Shown here piece by piece: positions 63,886-64,000 of a DNA stretch of 64,000 nt. The translations under genes and the position numbers were made by a program. The notes below the pieces were generated by a model that had not been told where the DNA came from, did no database searches, and worked only from the letters and a program-made list of their open reading frames with translations. Origin of the DNA: Tubulanus polymorphus (taxonomy: Eukaryota; Animalia; Nemertea); the NCBI RefSeq assembly GCF_964204645.1, contig NC_134027.1:14478485-14542484 (forward strand). The letters are read 5' to 3'. Positions within the stretch are counted from its first letter, which is position 1, and each line of letters starts with the position of its first letter.

Positions 63886-64000
63886 ACACATGTGAATTTT
63901 CACAATTTACGCGTGTGAATTTTCACATTTACACGTGTGAATTTTCGCATTTACGCTTGGGAATTTTCACATTTACATGTGTTAATTTTCACATTTACAC
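63886..64000. repeat. ~22-bp tandem repeat (GTGTGAATTTTCACATTTACAC) outside the Polinton
   Basis: About five copies up to the window end. Confidence 0.85.

Overview
Repeat-dense eukaryotic DNA, probably from an invertebrate animal (spliceosomal introns occur in a pogo transposase); no host gene is recognisable. The main feature is a full-length but decayed Polinton/Maverick-type endogenous DNA virus at 44330-63871. It has AGT...ACT ends, a 6-bp CATGGA target-site duplication, ~600-bp TIRs, pPolB, candidate minor and major capsid genes, a packaging ATPase, an rve integrase with chromodomain and an HNH nuclease. Three things make it unusual. Each TIR begins with a ~410-bp imperfect palindrome whose mismatches are shared by both ends. 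The capsid-region genes are preceded by a strictly spaced T6-7-N6-7-TAAATG motif resembling poxvirus late promoters, and several other genes share a second motif. No adenain-type protease is recognisable, while several membrane-protein genes are present. A deleted sister copy (1-4596) and a diverged relic (41310-42623) lie in the same window. The rest is an AcademX transposase fused to an intron-bearing pogo transposase, a Bel/Pao gag relic, a ~15-kb tail-to-tail pair of satellite-carrying non-autonomous elements, MITEs, a tRNA-derived SINE head, hammerhead-like cores and several tandem arrays. All calls come from reading motifs by eye; no database searches were run.
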